A stretch of 64,000 bases of DNA from Terriglobia bacterium (GTDB taxonomy: Bacteria; Acidobacteriota; Terriglobia; 2-12-FULL-54-10), in assembly GCA_963666975.2 (NCBI GenBank), contig CAXVYR010000003.1:544001-608000 (forward strand), given 5' to 3'. A program made the translations under genes and the position numbers. The notes under the pieces are model-generated. The model was not told where the DNA came from. It saw nothing but the letters and a program-made list of their open reading frames with translations, and did no database searches. Below, in pieces: positions 39,602-49,603 of this stretch (position 1 is its first letter; the number at the start of each line of letters is the position of its first letter).

Positions 39602-40930
39602 TTACCGGGAAGCCGTGGCAGGCTCCTGCTTGGATTCAAAAGGACAAGGACGTCCGGAAAGGTGCATTTCAAATTCCTCCCGGAACTTCTGCACAAAACT
39701 GATCATGGGCATGGCGGCGGCGTCGCCCAGCGGGCAGAAGGTTCGCCCAAGCATATTTTTGGCCAGATGCTCTACCAAGCCGATATCCTCGTCCCGCCCT
39801 CCGCCGGAATGGAAACGGTGGAGTGTTTTACTCAGCCAGTCGGTTCCTTCCCGGCAGGGGATGCACCAGCCGCAGCTCTCGTGCGCATAGAATTGCATGA
39901 GGCGCAGGGCAACCTTCACCATGCAGGTGTCCTCGTGCATCATAATCACGGCTCCCGAACCCAGCATGGAGCCCGCTTTGGCCACCGAATCAAAATCCAT
40001 GGGGGTATCCAGCGCGTCGGCGGTCAGCACCGGCGTGGAGGAACCTCCCGGGATGACGGCTTTCACTTTCTTGCCGTCCAGAATTCCGCCTCCCACTTCC
40101 TCGATCATCTTGCGCAGCGGGAACCCCATCGGCAATTCGTAAACTCCCGGCCGGTTGACGTGTCCGGAAAGCACAAAGAGCCGTGTTCCCCCGTTGCGCG
40201 GCGTTCCCAACTGTGCATACCACTCCCCGCCGTTGCGGAGGATGGCGGGGACAGCGGAGAAAGTTTCCACATTGTTGAGGACCGTCGGACCGCCGTAGAG
40301 CCCGACCACAGCGGGAAACGGGGGGCGAATCCGCGGAATGCCGCGCTTGCCTTCGAGCGACTCCAGCAGCGCCGATTCCTCGCCGCACTCGTAGGCTCCC
40401 GCCCCGGTGTGGGTCGCCAGTTCAAAGTCAAAACCGGTCCCTAGAATGTTTTTTCCCAGGTAGCCCCGCGCGTATGCTTCCTCCAGCGCGCGGTCCAGAA
40501 TTTCCAGCAGATAGCGGTACTCCCCCCGCACGTAGATATAACCCTGGTGGGAGCCCACCACGATGCCTGCAATCAAAATCCCTTCGATCAACTGATGGGG
40601 GTCTTTCTCCATCAGCAGGCGGTCCTTGCAGGTTCCCGGCTCGCTCTCGTCGGCGTTGCAGACGATATATTTTGGCTTGGGAGATTCTTTAGGGACAAAA
40701 CCCCATTTCATGCCGGTCGGAAAACCCGCTCCACCCCGGCCTCGCAGATTGGACCGCTTCAACTCCTCCAAGATGGATTCCGGAGTCATCTGCTTCAGGG
40801 ATTTTTCGAGCGCCTGGTAGCCGTCGTGGCCCAGATAAGTGTCGATGGAAGCGGAATTCGGCAGGTCAAACCGTTCGGTTAAGACGAGCACCTCATGTTC
40901 GGAAACCGGCATGCCAGAGTGATCCTTCAA
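39602..40930 (-). CDS. nuoF: NADH-quinone oxidoreductase subunit F
   Basis: LRGRGGAGFPTG.KW, NADESEPG, GAGAYECGEESAL, ESCGWCIPCREG. Confidence 0.97.
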   Translation of the reverse strand: MKDHSGMPVSEHEVLVLTERFDLPNSASIDTYLGHDGYQALEKSLKQMTPESILEELKRSNLRGRGGAGFPTGMKWGFVPKESPKPKYIVCNADESEPGTCKDRLLMEKDPHQLIEGILIAGIVVGSHQGYIYVRGEYRYLLEILDRALEEAYARGYLGKNILGTGFDFELATHTGAGAYECGEESALLESLEGKRGIPRIRPPFPAVVGLYGGPTVLNNVETFSAVPAILRNGGEWYAQLGTPRNGGTRLFVLSGHVNRPGVYELPMGFPLRKMIEEVGGGILDGKKVKAVIPGGSSTPVLTADALDTPMDFDSVAKAGSMLGSGAVIMMHEDTCMVKVALRLMQFYAHESCGWCIPCREGTDWLSKTLHRFHSGGGRDEDIGLVEHLAKNMLGRTFCPLGDAAAMPMISFVQKFREEFEMHLSGRPCPFESKQEPATASR

Positions 40931-41406
40931 GCGCGTGAGCGTTGGAGCTCCCCAATCAATTGGTCGAAACGTTCCGGAGTCAGTTCATGATGAAACTGAT
41001 AATTCACCTGTATGGCCGGGGCCCAAGCACAGGCCCCTATGCACTCCACCTCCTCCAAGGAAAACAGCTTGTCAGGAGTTGTTTCGCCGGGAGCAAGGCT
41101 CAGCTTTTTCCGGGCGTGCTCGAACAGTTCCTCGCCGCCCCGCAGAAGACAGGAGATGTTGGTGCATACCTGCAGGTGGTATTTGCCCGCGGGCTTTTTG
41201 CGCAACATGGAATAATACGAGATGGTTTCTTCCACTTGCGGGATCGTCAACTCCAGCCGTCCGGCGATTTCAGCGATTGTTTCCTTGCGCAGGAAGCCTT
41301 GTTCGTCCTGGACAAACAGCAGCATGGGAATCAGCGATGAGCGCTTGATGGGATAGTTCCGCATCAGCTTTTTTAATTTATCTTCGAGTTGTGCGCTGAA
41401 TTGCAT
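40927..41406 (-). CDS. nuoE: NADH-quinone oxidoreductase subunit E
   Basis: VCTNISC...VECIGAC 2Fe-2S ligands. Confidence 0.95.
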   Translation of the reverse strand: MQFSAQLEDKLKKLMRNYPIKRSSLIPMLLFVQDEQGFLRKETIAEIAGRLELTIPQVEETISYYSMLRKKPAGKYHLQVCTNISCLLRGGEELFEHARKKLSLAPGETTPDKLFSLEEVECIGACAWAPAIQVNYQFHHELTPERFDQLIGELQRSRA

Positions 41407-41475
41407 GTGCAACTTCTTGTGAGCGGAATTATCCTTAAGAAATCTATTCTATTGAGAACCTGACTTTAGGGCAAG

Positions 41476-41540
41476 GTCAGGGCACGGTTTCAACCGTGCC
41501 AAAAGATGCGCGCTGTCGCAGGGGTTTTAACCCCTGAGGT
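41476..41540. repeat. REP-like element, family 1 (single arm), inside the nuo operon
   Basis: GTCAGGGCACGGTTTCAACCGTGCC...CAGGGGTTTTAACCCCTGAGG matches the left half of 12611-12777. Confidence 0.85.
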
Positions 41541-41631
41541 AATTCGTCCATAGCAAAGCGCCCCGACGCCGAGGACCACGGGTACTCATTAGCTGCCAAT
41601 ACCAGGCCTTGCTTGACGGAATTCTCTTCAA

Positions 41632-42822
41632 TTAGCGGTCAATTTCTCCCAGCACAATGTCGATGGTGCCGATGCAGGCAACCAGGTCGCTCAGCAAGCG
41701 TCCTTCGGCGAGCTTCGGAAGGGCCTGCAGGTTGGCGAAGGAAGGCGAGCGCACCTTCACGCGATAGGGACGGGACGTGCCGTCGCTGACCACGTAATAC
41801 CCCATCTCGCCCCGGGGAGACTCCACGGCCTGGTAGACCTCGCCCGGCGGGACGCGGAAACCTTCGGTGACAATTTTGAAATGATAGATCAGGGCCTCCA
41901 TCTGGGTTTTCATCTTCTCGCGCTCCGGCATCACCACTCCGGGCGCATGCGCCTGGACGGGACCTTCGGGCAGGCCGTCGATCGCTTGCCGGATAATCTT
42001 CAGGCTCTCCCGCATCTCGGCTATGCGCAGCAGGTAGCGGGCATACACATCCCCATCGGTTGAAACGGGCACTTGAAACGAAAACTTTTCGTAAGAAGAG
42101 TAAGGGTTGTCCCGGCGCAGGTCCCAGTCGATTCCGGAAGCGCGCAACGTGGGGCCGCTGACGCCCAAGTCCAAGGCATCCTCGGCGCTGAGGATGCCCA
42201 CGCCCCGTGTACGGCCGATCCAGATGCGATTCCGCGTCAGCAGGTCTTCATACTCTTGCAGGCGGGCCGGGAAGGATTTCAGGAAATTTTCGATTCGCGG
42301 AAAGATGTCGCGCGGAGGCTCCAACGCCAGACCGCCAACCCGGAAATAGCTGGTCATCATCCGCTGCCCGGAGGCCGTCTCAAATATATTCAGAATCTCT
42401 TCGCGCTCGCGAAAACAGTAGAGGAAAACAGACATCGCGCCAATATCAATGGCGTGGGTGCCCAGCCATACCAGATGGCTCGCGATGCGGGTCAGCTCAT
42501 TCAGCATCACTCGCATCCACTGGGCGCGCGGCGGGACCTCCAGCCCCAGCAGCTTTTCGACCGCCAGCACATAACAGAGGTTATTGGTCAGCGGGCACAG
42601 ATAGTCGATCCGGTCCGTTAACGTGATGGCCTGGTGAAAGGTCATGCTTTCGCAACTTTTCTCGATGCCGGTATGAAGGTAGCCGATATCGGGAGTGGCG
42701 CGCACAATGGTTTCCCCATCCAGTTCCAGGACGAGACGCAACACTCCGTGCGTGGAAGGGTGCTGGGGACCCATGTTGAGAACCAGCGTGCGGGCGTCGG
42801 GCGGGATAGCAAGCTCCGGCAT
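41632..42822 (-). CDS. nuoD: NADH-quinone oxidoreductase subunit D
   Basis: LNMGPQHPSTHGVLRL, IGYLHTGIEK, ESPRGEMG, DIVLGEIDR. Confidence 0.98.
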   Translation of the reverse strand: MPELAIPPDARTLVLNMGPQHPSTHGVLRLVLELDGETIVRATPDIGYLHTGIEKSCESMTFHQAITLTDRIDYLCPLTNNLCYVLAVEKLLGLEVPPRAQWMRVMLNELTRIASHLVWLGTHAIDIGAMSVFLYCFREREEILNIFETASGQRMMTSYFRVGGLALEPPRDIFPRIENFLKSFPARLQEYEDLLTRNRIWIGRTRGVGILSAEDALDLGVSGPTLRASGIDWDLRRDNPYSSYEKFSFQVPVSTDGDVYARYLLRIAEMRESLKIIRQAIDGLPEGPVQAHAPGVVMPEREKMKTQMEALIYHFKIVTEGFRVPPGEVYQAVESPRGEMGYYVVSDGTSRPYRVKVRSPSFANLQALPKLAEGRLLSDLVACIGTIDIVLGEIDR

Positions 42823-43292
42823 TACCGATACCCCGTAATGGGATAGTCTTTGCGCAGAGGGTGGCCTTGCCAGTCCTCCGGCATCAGGATGCGTCTCAGG
42901 TGGGGGTGGCCCCGGAACTGGATGCCGAACAGGTCAAAGACCTCCCGCTCGTACCAGTTTGCCGCCCCCCAAACGGGGACGACCGAGGCGATCTCGGCTG
43001 CGGCCTCGCTCAGCCGGGACTTCAGGCGCAGACGTTCTTTGCGATGATGCGAATAGAGATGATAGATCACTTCAAACCGGGGCTCGGAGGGAAACCAATC
43101 GACCGCTGTTACGTCGGAGAGGTAGCGGTAGCCGCGCTGCGCTTTGAGGAACTCGCAAACGCGCTGAATCCGGTCCGCCCGAACCACAAGCGTCAGCTCT
43201 CCCCGGTCGTATTTTCCGTCGATGACCGCCTCCGGGTCGAATTCCGACAGGGCTGCGGCGTCCGGCATCTCGGCTACCTCATGCGGGATCAT
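42822..43292 (-). CDS. nuoC: NADH-quinone oxidoreductase subunit C
   Basis: ANWYEREVFDLFGI.F.GHP.LRRILMP.DW.GHPLRKDYP. Confidence 0.97.
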   Translation of the reverse strand: MIPHEVAEMPDAAALSEFDPEAVIDGKYDRGELTLVVRADRIQRVCEFLKAQRGYRYLSDVTAVDWFPSEPRFEVIYHLYSHHRKERLRLKSRLSEAAAEIASVVPVWGAANWYEREVFDLFGIQFRGHPHLRRILMPEDWQGHPLRKDYPITGYR

Positions 43293-43681
43293 TACAAATC
43301 TCCAGAGTCAGCTTTTGTCCAATCCAGCGCCCCTTTTTTCCACAAGTAGGCGAAGCCGGCAAGCACGATCAGGAGGAAGAGGAGCATTTCCACAAACCCG
43401 AATATTCCCAACTCCTTAAAAACCACGGCCCAGGGGTAGAGAAAGATCACTTCCACATCGAAGAGGATAAAAACCATCGCTACCAGGTAGAATTTTACGC
43501 TGAAGCGGTGCCGGGCGTCTCCCGTAGGGGTGATGCCGCATTCATAAGCGGACAGTTTTTCCCGTGTCGGTCGGTGCTGGCCCAGCAGGTAGGAAACAAC
43601 CAGCATCCCCACAGCCAGCAGAAGCACTACAGCCAACAACATAAGGATTGGAATGTAGCTTTGGATGTAGTAATTTGGCAT
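43292..43681 (-). CDS. nuoA: NADH-quinone oxidoreductase subunit A
   Basis: YECG, FSVKFYLVAMVFILFDVE, WKKGALDW. Confidence 0.97.
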   Translation of the reverse strand: MPNYYIQSYIPILMLLAVVLLLAVGMLVVSYLLGQHRPTREKLSAYECGITPTGDARHRFSVKFYLVAMVFILFDVEVIFLYPWAVVFKELGIFGFVEMLLFLLIVLAGFAYLWKKGALDWTKADSGDL

Positions 43682-43817
43682 GAAACAGAATGCTATAATA
43701 ACAGCAAACTGAGGCAATTTGGACTATAGGGATCAAAAACAGGAGATGTCAAGCGTTTTTGCCTGAATTGTTTTTGCAGACGTTTGCCCTTCGACGCAGG
43801 AGGGAGCAGGAGAGAAG

Positions 43818-44462
43818 ATGATTTTCGAATTCAGCACTGATATTCCCGTGAACGATTCTGTCTATCACGTCCAGACGGAAGACCGGGGAGCCCAAAACCC
43901 TGTCATCGACTCGATCATTGATATTGGCGGCAGGATTGTGGACCAGGTACGAACGTCCTATCTCCCGCATCTGTTAGCTCCTTCACGGCTTGAAGCGATG
44001 GTTCATAGGCAACACCGGCAATTGGTGGAGTCGATCCGGTCGGGAAATTTTTTACCAGCCGCCGAATCACCTTCCTCAGCAGTGCCTATGCATCGCGGGT
44101 ATGCGGTGCGATTGCTGAATCCCTCGTCGATTTCCCGCGAAGAGAAATTGGTTTTTGCGGTTTCCGTTTGGAGCCGCTCGTATGGAACTCCAGCACAAAA
44201 CGTCTCGGTGGATGCCCGATGGGTGGAAAACGGCGTCGTTTCCCAGAACGTAACCATGCCAACCGGAGAAGACGGCAATGTGTTACTTTCTTTCGCGGCC
44301 CCGAATGGCGGCACGGAAGGGTGCCTGCTAATCTCCGCCGAAGGCCCGGAGGGAAGGGAATTGACTAAGTTTCGCCTCCACGCCGCCTCCAGTCCTTCCG
44401 CCCCGAGTCCGGCAATAGTGGAGCGAGGCGAGATGGCCATGAGGGCGGGAGCCGGAATATGA
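43818..44462 (+). CDS. Hypothetical protein (YHVQTED N-terminal domain plus a beta-rich C-terminus)
   Basis: 214-aa ORF after AGGAGAG; ATGA overlap with thiS. Confidence 0.7.
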   Translation: MIFEFSTDIPVNDSVYHVQTEDRGAQNPVIDSIIDIGGRIVDQVRTSYLPHLLAPSRLEAMVHRQHRQLVESIRSGNFLPAAESPSSAVPMHRGYAVRLLNPSSISREEKLVFAVSVWSRSYGTPAQNVSVDARWVENGVVSQNVTMPTGEDGNVLLSFAAPNGGTEGCLLISAEGPEGRELTKFRLHAASSPSAPSPAIVERGEMAMRAGAGI

Positions 44463-44662
44463 TTGAAATCGTGATCAACGGCGAAGCACGCCAAGTTTCA
44501 CAACAAACCAGCCTGCAACAACTGCTGCACTCTTTGGATCTCAGAGGAGACCGCGTCGCCGTGGAATTGAACCGAAAACTCGTCCGGCGGGAAGACTGGG
44601 AACAGGTGCAACTCTGCAGTAACGACCGCTTGGAGATCGTCCACTTTGTGGGTGGAGGATAG
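44459..44662 (+). CDS. thiS: Sulfur carrier protein ThiS
   Basis: I.INGE, VAVELN, LEIVHFVGGG C-terminal GG. Confidence 0.95.
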   Translation: MIEIVINGEARQVSQQTSLQQLLHSLDLRGDRVAVELNRKLVRREDWEQVQLCSNDRLEIVHFVGGG

Positions 44663-44775
44663 CACTCCGGGAGCAGGCGCAGGGTCACTCCGGAAAGACC
44701 CCGAGACACAAACTCAGCAGAAAACTCTTTCCGGGCGGAAAGGGCACGCCGATGGCAGTCGGATACCAGAGTCGA

Positions 44776-45426
44776 TTACGGCTTGAGTTCGCCCAGCAGG
44801 TGTCCCAATTTCTCCTGCTTGGTTTTCAAATACCGGGCGCTGGATTCTTGCGGGGGCACTTCGAGCGGCACACGCTCGTGAATCTGGATACCGCCATTTT
44901 CCAGCGCCCGCAGCTTGTCCGGGTTGTTGGAGAGCAAACGAACGGATTTAACCTGAAAGTACTGCAAGATGCCCGCAGCGAGGGTGTAGTTCCGAAGGTC
45001 GGCAGCATAGCCGAGCTGGCGGTTGGCTTCGACTGTATCCACCCCTTGGTCTTGCAGTTCGTAAGCCTGGAGCTTGCTCATCAAGCCGATTCCGCGCCCC
45101 TCCTGGTCCTCGTAGATGATAAAACCATAGGGGCTGGCGCCTACCTGCTTCAAGGCCGCCTCCAACTGCTCCCGGCAATCGCAGCGAAGAGACGCAAATA
45201 CATCTCCGGTGAGGCATTGCGAATGGATACGGACCAGCGGGACTTCTCCCGCCTGGCGCGTCCCTTTCACCAATACGACGGCAGTCTCCGGAGCCGGGCC
45301 ATTCAGCAAACGAAAGCCGCAAATGCGGAAGCGAGCATACCGGGAAGGGAAGTCCGCTTCGGCTACTTTTTCCACCTCAATTTTTCGGGAAACGATTTTG
45401 TTTTCTGGCTTCACAGTTTTTATCAA
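44776..45426 (-). CDS. ribA: GTP cyclohydrolase II
   Basis: LVRIHSQCLTGDVF.SLRCDCREQL, QEGRGIGL, LLSNNPDK. Confidence 0.97.
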   Translation of the reverse strand: MIKTVKPENKIVSRKIEVEKVAEADFPSRYARFRICGFRLLNGPAPETAVVLVKGTRQAGEVPLVRIHSQCLTGDVFASLRCDCREQLEAALKQVGASPYGFIIYEDQEGRGIGLMSKLQAYELQDQGVDTVEANRQLGYAADLRNYTLAAGILQYFQVKSVRLLSNNPDKLRALENGGIQIHERVPLEVPPQESSARYLKTKQEKLGHLLGELKP

Positions 45427-45552
45427 CCTGGTTTGTTATTATAATGTACTGTTCAGTTGCGGACAAGCAGACTGGCCCTCGGAAACGGGCGTTCCGCGGA
45501 CCGGGCCTTCTGCAAGTCCTGCGAGAGGCCTTGCACGCCGGGGAGAATTAAC

Positions 45553-46848
45553 TTGGACGCCAATAATGCAAGAGAGTTCCTTCTCCTCATCTTGCTGATC
45601 AAGATTTTGGTGGCGGCTTCCATCGCCAGCATTCTGGCCCGCTCCTCCTACTTCAAGGATCTGCTGTTCAAGCCGCAGAAGAGCCTTCAAGAGAATTTGA
45701 TGTTCGGGTTTTTGCTGGGCCTGCCTCTTGTTATCGGAGCCAGCTTGCGCGTCATCCTGAAATATCAGGCGCTGGACCTGAGCTTGGAAGGAGCGGTATT
45801 AGCCGGGGTCCTCTGCGGACATGGCGTGGGAATGCTGGTGGGCGGACTGGTGGCGCTGCCGGCCCTGCTCAATCAAGAGTTCCTGGCGCTGCCGGTGATG
45901 ATCACCGCAGGGGCATTAGGAGGATTCGCCCGGCACCTGGCCCACAATAAAGAGGACATCTGGCATTTCTCTCCCTTTTTCGATCTGAATCTCTACCGCT
46001 GGTTTCGCAAGCGCTTCGGTTATCCGCGCGGCGACTGGCAGATGTTCTTTTTTCTGCTGTTGATCGTAATGGAGGCCGGACGAATCCACCTGGGGCAGGC
46101 TTTTCCGGAAAGGCTGTTTTACCTGCACAACGGATATCCGCCGGTGTTAATCGCCATCTGCCTGGCGACCATTGCCTCGGTTGCCGTTCCGATGACGGTT
46201 TGGAAGACCACGCGCATCGAGCGGCTTCTGGAAGAACAAAAACGGCTGTTGATGCAGGCCCGGCTGGACGCGCTGACGGCACAGATCAACCCGCATTTTC
46301 TTTTTAATACCCTCAATTCCATCACTTCGCTCGTGCGCTCCAGCCCAGACACGGCCCGCCAGGTGATTGTTACACTCTCCAACATCTTGCGCCGGCTGCT
46401 GCAAAAGCATGAAAATTTCACCTCCCTGCGTGACGAAATGACCTTCATAGCGGACTATCTGTCGGTCGAGGTGGTGCGGTTCGGCGAAGAGAAGCTCAAG
46501 ATCGTCAAAGAAATTGAAGAACAAACCCTGCCCCTGATGGTTCCCAGCATGCTTCTGCAGCCCATCATCGAAAATGCCATCCGCCACGGATTAAGCCCGA
46601 GACTGGAAGGGGGAATCATCCACATTCGCAGTTCCCGCCGCAACGGACGCCTGCTGCTTGAAGTCCGGGATAACGGAGTGGGAATTCCGCCGAGCACGCT
46701 CGACCGAATCTTCCAGCAGGGAATCGGCATCAGCAATGTCCACGAACGCTTGCGAGTTCTCTATGGCACGGAATTTACTTTTCAAATCGACAGCCCGCCA
46801 GGGAAAGGAACCTCGATTCAGATTGCCATTCCCTTGCTGCAAAATTGA
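45553..46848 (+). CDS. LytS/YehU-family membrane sensor histidine kinase
   Basis: AQINPHFLFNTLNSI, LLQPIIENAIRHG, DNGVG, GIGISNV.ERL; TTG start after GGGAGA. Confidence 0.93.
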   Translation: MDANNAREFLLLILLIKILVAASIASILARSSYFKDLLFKPQKSLQENLMFGFLLGLPLVIGASLRVILKYQALDLSLEGAVLAGVLCGHGVGMLVGGLVALPALLNQEFLALPVMITAGALGGFARHLAHNKEDIWHFSPFFDLNLYRWFRKRFGYPRGDWQMFFFLLLIVMEAGRIHLGQAFPERLFYLHNGYPPVLIAICLATIASVAVPMTVWKTTRIERLLEEQKRLLMQARLDALTAQINPHFLFNTLNSITSLVRSSPDTARQVIVTLSNILRRLLQKHENFTSLRDEMTFIADYLSVEVVRFGEEKLKIVKEIEEQTLPLMVPSMLLQPIIENAIRHGLSPRLEGGIIHIRSSRRNGRLLLEVRDNGVGIPPSTLDRIFQQGIGISNVHERLRVLYGTEFTFQIDSPPGKGTSIQIAIPLLQN

Positions 46849-46880
46849 GCTATTGCGACGCGCCCGCAATTATGCACTTT

Positions 46881-48210
46881 CATTGCTGTCCGGTTAAAAC
46901 TCGAACAGAATCAACTGGTTGGGATTTCTGACTAAATCGTCTTGGGAGCCCGATGCTTCCAGGGCCTGTAAAATGGGCACTTTCTCGAAAAGAGTAACAC
47001 TGAGAATCTGTAAAATTTGGTAAAGGCTGGCTTCCAAAGCGAGACGCTTCCGGACAATGGCCACGAGTACATAGATCGAAACGGCGATCCAGATTTGAGT
47101 CTTCACTGCGTTTTGGCTGGTGCCATAGAATGCCTTGATTCGCAGGTGCTGCTTGATCCATTTGAAGAACAGTTCCACCTGCCAGCGGCACTTGTAGATT
47201 TGAGCGATAGTGAGTGCGGGTAGCACGAAATTGTTGGTAAGAAACTTCAGGCGCTTGTTTGTTTCTGCATCGAAGTACGTAACGCGCCGTAGCGGATCGG
47301 GGTATGCCCTGGCCGAGGCGTTCCCGGTCAGGATCACGGTATGATCGGATCGCAAGCCGCTGGTTCTGTCTGCTGGATGAGAATAGCGGCGTTGGAGCAA
47401 GACGTTCTCTTTCGTCCGCACGACGAAAAATGCGGAGCAGAGTGTGAAGACAAAGAGTCGCTCGAAGTCGATGTAGCCGCGATCCATCACGTAGAACGCG
47501 CCCGCTTCCGGAACGATCTCGTCGAGGATGTTGACATCGTGCACGGCACCGGCCGTGACGCGGAGAAACGTGGGGATGTTGCCCTGCAGGTCCAGCAGCG
47601 TATGCAGTTTGACGGCAGCCTTGTGTTGGCGGAATCGTGCCCACGGAAACAGCGAGAGGCAGAGGTCGATGGTGGTGGAGTCCAGCGCGTACAGGCTCTG
47701 ATCCAGATCGACGCCGATCGGATCGCGCGCATACAAAGGCCGTGCGATGCCGATCAACACCTGGGCGAAGTCCGCGTAGATGCGCCAGTCGTGCGACTCG
47801 TTGGCATCGGCCAGTGTCGAGCGCGCCACGTTGCCGCGCAATCCGATGTGGTAGAGTTTGCTGGTCATGGAACGCAGACACGCCTCGATGTCGCGGAGAC
47901 TCTCGCGGTAAGTCAACTGAGCGAACGCCATCGCCAGAAACTGGTCCCAGCAAGAAAAGCTTCGCAGGTGATCGTCGCCACGGTAGCGCGTGACGCATTT
48001 GTGAAACTCGTACGAGGGCACGTGATCCATAAGCTGAGCGAAAACGGTGCGACCGATGTTCATGCACTATTCTGTCGCCTACCCCAGTCTTTACGTTCAA
48101 AGCCATTTTTCGCCCTCGCGGATTTCAAATCGAAAAATGCTCCAATGCCCGTAACCTTTTGCTCTCATGAGACTTGTTGGCTGTTCTGAAATTTTAGCCG
48201 GACAGCAGTG
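46881..48210 (-). mobile_element. Complete IS4-family insertion sequence, 1330 bp
   Basis: TIRs CATTGCTGTCCGGTTAAAA and (reverse complement) CACTGCTGTCCGGCTAAAA; 9-bp duplication ATGCACTTT at 46872-46880 and 48211-48219. Confidence 0.95.
46894..48063 (-). CDS. IS4-family DDE transposase
   Basis: ALDSTTIDL, VMDRGY, IYKCRWQVELFFKWIKQ (YREK motif); intact 389 aa. Confidence 0.96.
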   Translation of the reverse strand: MNIGRTVFAQLMDHVPSYEFHKCVTRYRGDDHLRSFSCWDQFLAMAFAQLTYRESLRDIEACLRSMTSKLYHIGLRGNVARSTLADANESHDWRIYADFAQVLIGIARPLYARDPIGVDLDQSLYALDSTTIDLCLSLFPWARFRQHKAAVKLHTLLDLQGNIPTFLRVTAGAVHDVNILDEIVPEAGAFYVMDRGYIDFERLFVFTLCSAFFVVRTKENVLLQRRYSHPADRTSGLRSDHTVILTGNASARAYPDPLRRVTYFDAETNKRLKFLTNNFVLPALTIAQIYKCRWQVELFFKWIKQHLRIKAFYGTSQNAVKTQIWIAVSIYVLVAIVRKRLALEASLYQILQILSVTLFEKVPILQALEASGSQDDLVRNPNQLILFEF

Positions 48211-48429
48211 ATGCACTTTTATTGCATGTTCTTCGAACAAAGATTTGTCATTTCAGAATATATCCGGCCGTAGTATAAGGGGCCACATGACGGTCCACAT
48301 CTCCGGGACAGAATCCGGCTGGCATATGATTTTGTGCAAAGGTAAAGCGGAAATCCGAAATTCCGGTGAAGGAGACGGCTTGGTTGGGAAGCGTATGTCA
48401 TCAAGAATCGTCGCCGAACACATTGCCCC

Positions 48430-49599
48430 GTGGAGTTTGATGAAACAATTTCATTGGAGTATTTTGCAGGACGCTTGAAGACAATCGTGCACGGAAAGGA
48501 GGCCATCGTTTCTACAACAGGATTTACTGACAACCCGATTGTTCGATTGATTTTCCTGTTGGCTTTGCTGTACACATTTTTTGTAAGCATTGCATTAATG
48601 GGCGCTTCCTTTAAGTTTTTTGGGGCAGGTTTTGCCGAGCAATTGCTGAGTTCCACTGCCAATCCATTTGTAGGATTATTTATTGGTGTGCTCGCCACAA
48701 GTCTGGTGCAGAGTTCCTCAACGACCACGTCTATGACTGTGGCACTTGTAGCCGGAGGCGCTCTGAATATCGCCACTGCAATACCGATCGTGATCGGTTC
48801 AAACATCGGCACATCTGTGACGAATACCCTGGTATCGGTTGGCCATATATCCAGACCGGCAGAGTTTAAAAGAGCGTTCGCCGCAGCAACGGTACATGAT
48901 TTATTTAACCTGCTTTCTGTTCTGATTTTATTTTCGTTACAGTTGACCACTAATCTCTTGGGAACATCCGCCACTTTTCTGGCAGAACAGTTCAAAGAAT
49001 CGGGCGGACTGGAACTTGTCAATCCCCTGAAAGTAATTGTAACGCCAGCCGTAATCCTGATTACCAAGCTCACGGCAGAGTCCGGCACTGTAATGTTAAT
49101 CGTCGCCGGCACCCTTCTTTTTTTGGCCCTGCGTTACATCGTTCTCAACTTGCGAGTGCTAATGCTGGGAAGGATCGAAAGATTTTTTGATACAATTTTG
49201 TTTAAGAATGTGTTCACGGCGATGCTTTTGGGGCTTATCTTGACCGTTTTGGTTCAGAGCAGTTCGATAACAACTTCTTTGGTTGTTCCGCTGGCAGGCG
49301 CAGGTATTCTAACCCTTCGGCAAATCTTCCCTTTTACGCTGGGGGCAAATGTAGGAACAACCCTTACAGCGATGTTGGCTGCTCTGGTTACAAGTAGTGA
49401 AGCTGCGATAACAGTCGCTTTTGTGCATTTACTCTTTAATGTTTTCGGCATAATTCTAATCTGGCCCATCCGAAGCATTCCCATCTACCTTGCGGAAGCT
49501 TTGGCGGATTGGTCGGTGAAGTCGAAGTTGATTCCAGCTGCTTATGTCGGGATTGTATTTTTCTTGATACCCCTCGCCATAATCTATTTTGTGAGGTGA
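48430..49599 (+). CDS. Na+/phosphate symporter (NptA/SLC34 type); start uncertain, possibly GTG 48488
   Basis: Two repeats LVQSSSTTTS...GSNIGTS and VQSSSITTS...GANVGTT; visibly AT-richer than core genes. Confidence 0.92.
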   Translation: MEFDETISLEYFAGRLKTIVHGKEAIVSTTGFTDNPIVRLIFLLALLYTFFVSIALMGASFKFFGAGFAEQLLSSTANPFVGLFIGVLATSLVQSSSTTTSMTVALVAGGALNIATAIPIVIGSNIGTSVTNTLVSVGHISRPAEFKRAFAAATVHDLFNLLSVLILFSLQLTTNLLGTSATFLAEQFKESGGLELVNPLKVIVTPAVILITKLTAESGTVMLIVAGTLLFLALRYIVLNLRVLMLGRIERFFDTILFKNVFTAMLLGLILTVLVQSSSITTSLVVPLAGAGILTLRQIFPFTLGANVGTTLTAMLAALVTSSEAAITVAFVHLLFNVFGIILIWPIRSIPIYLAEALADWSVKSKLIPAAYVGIVFFLIPLAIIYFVR

Positions 49600-49603
49600 C
49601 AGC

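Noticed and set aside
30521-40444. Long plus-strand ORFs (532 aa at 30521, 618 aa at 38588)
   Set aside because: Antisense shadows of nuo genes, expected in GC-rich coding DNA; no protein motifs
43740-44775. Possible TPP or FMN riboswitch near thiS/ribA
   Set aside because: No TPP (CTGAGA...CCTGA) or FMN core motifs seen
48220-48430. Possible Pho boxes or a gene remnant upstream of the Na/Pi symporter
   Set aside because: Only a single TTGTCAT half-site without an 11-bp-spaced partner; translations not recognisable
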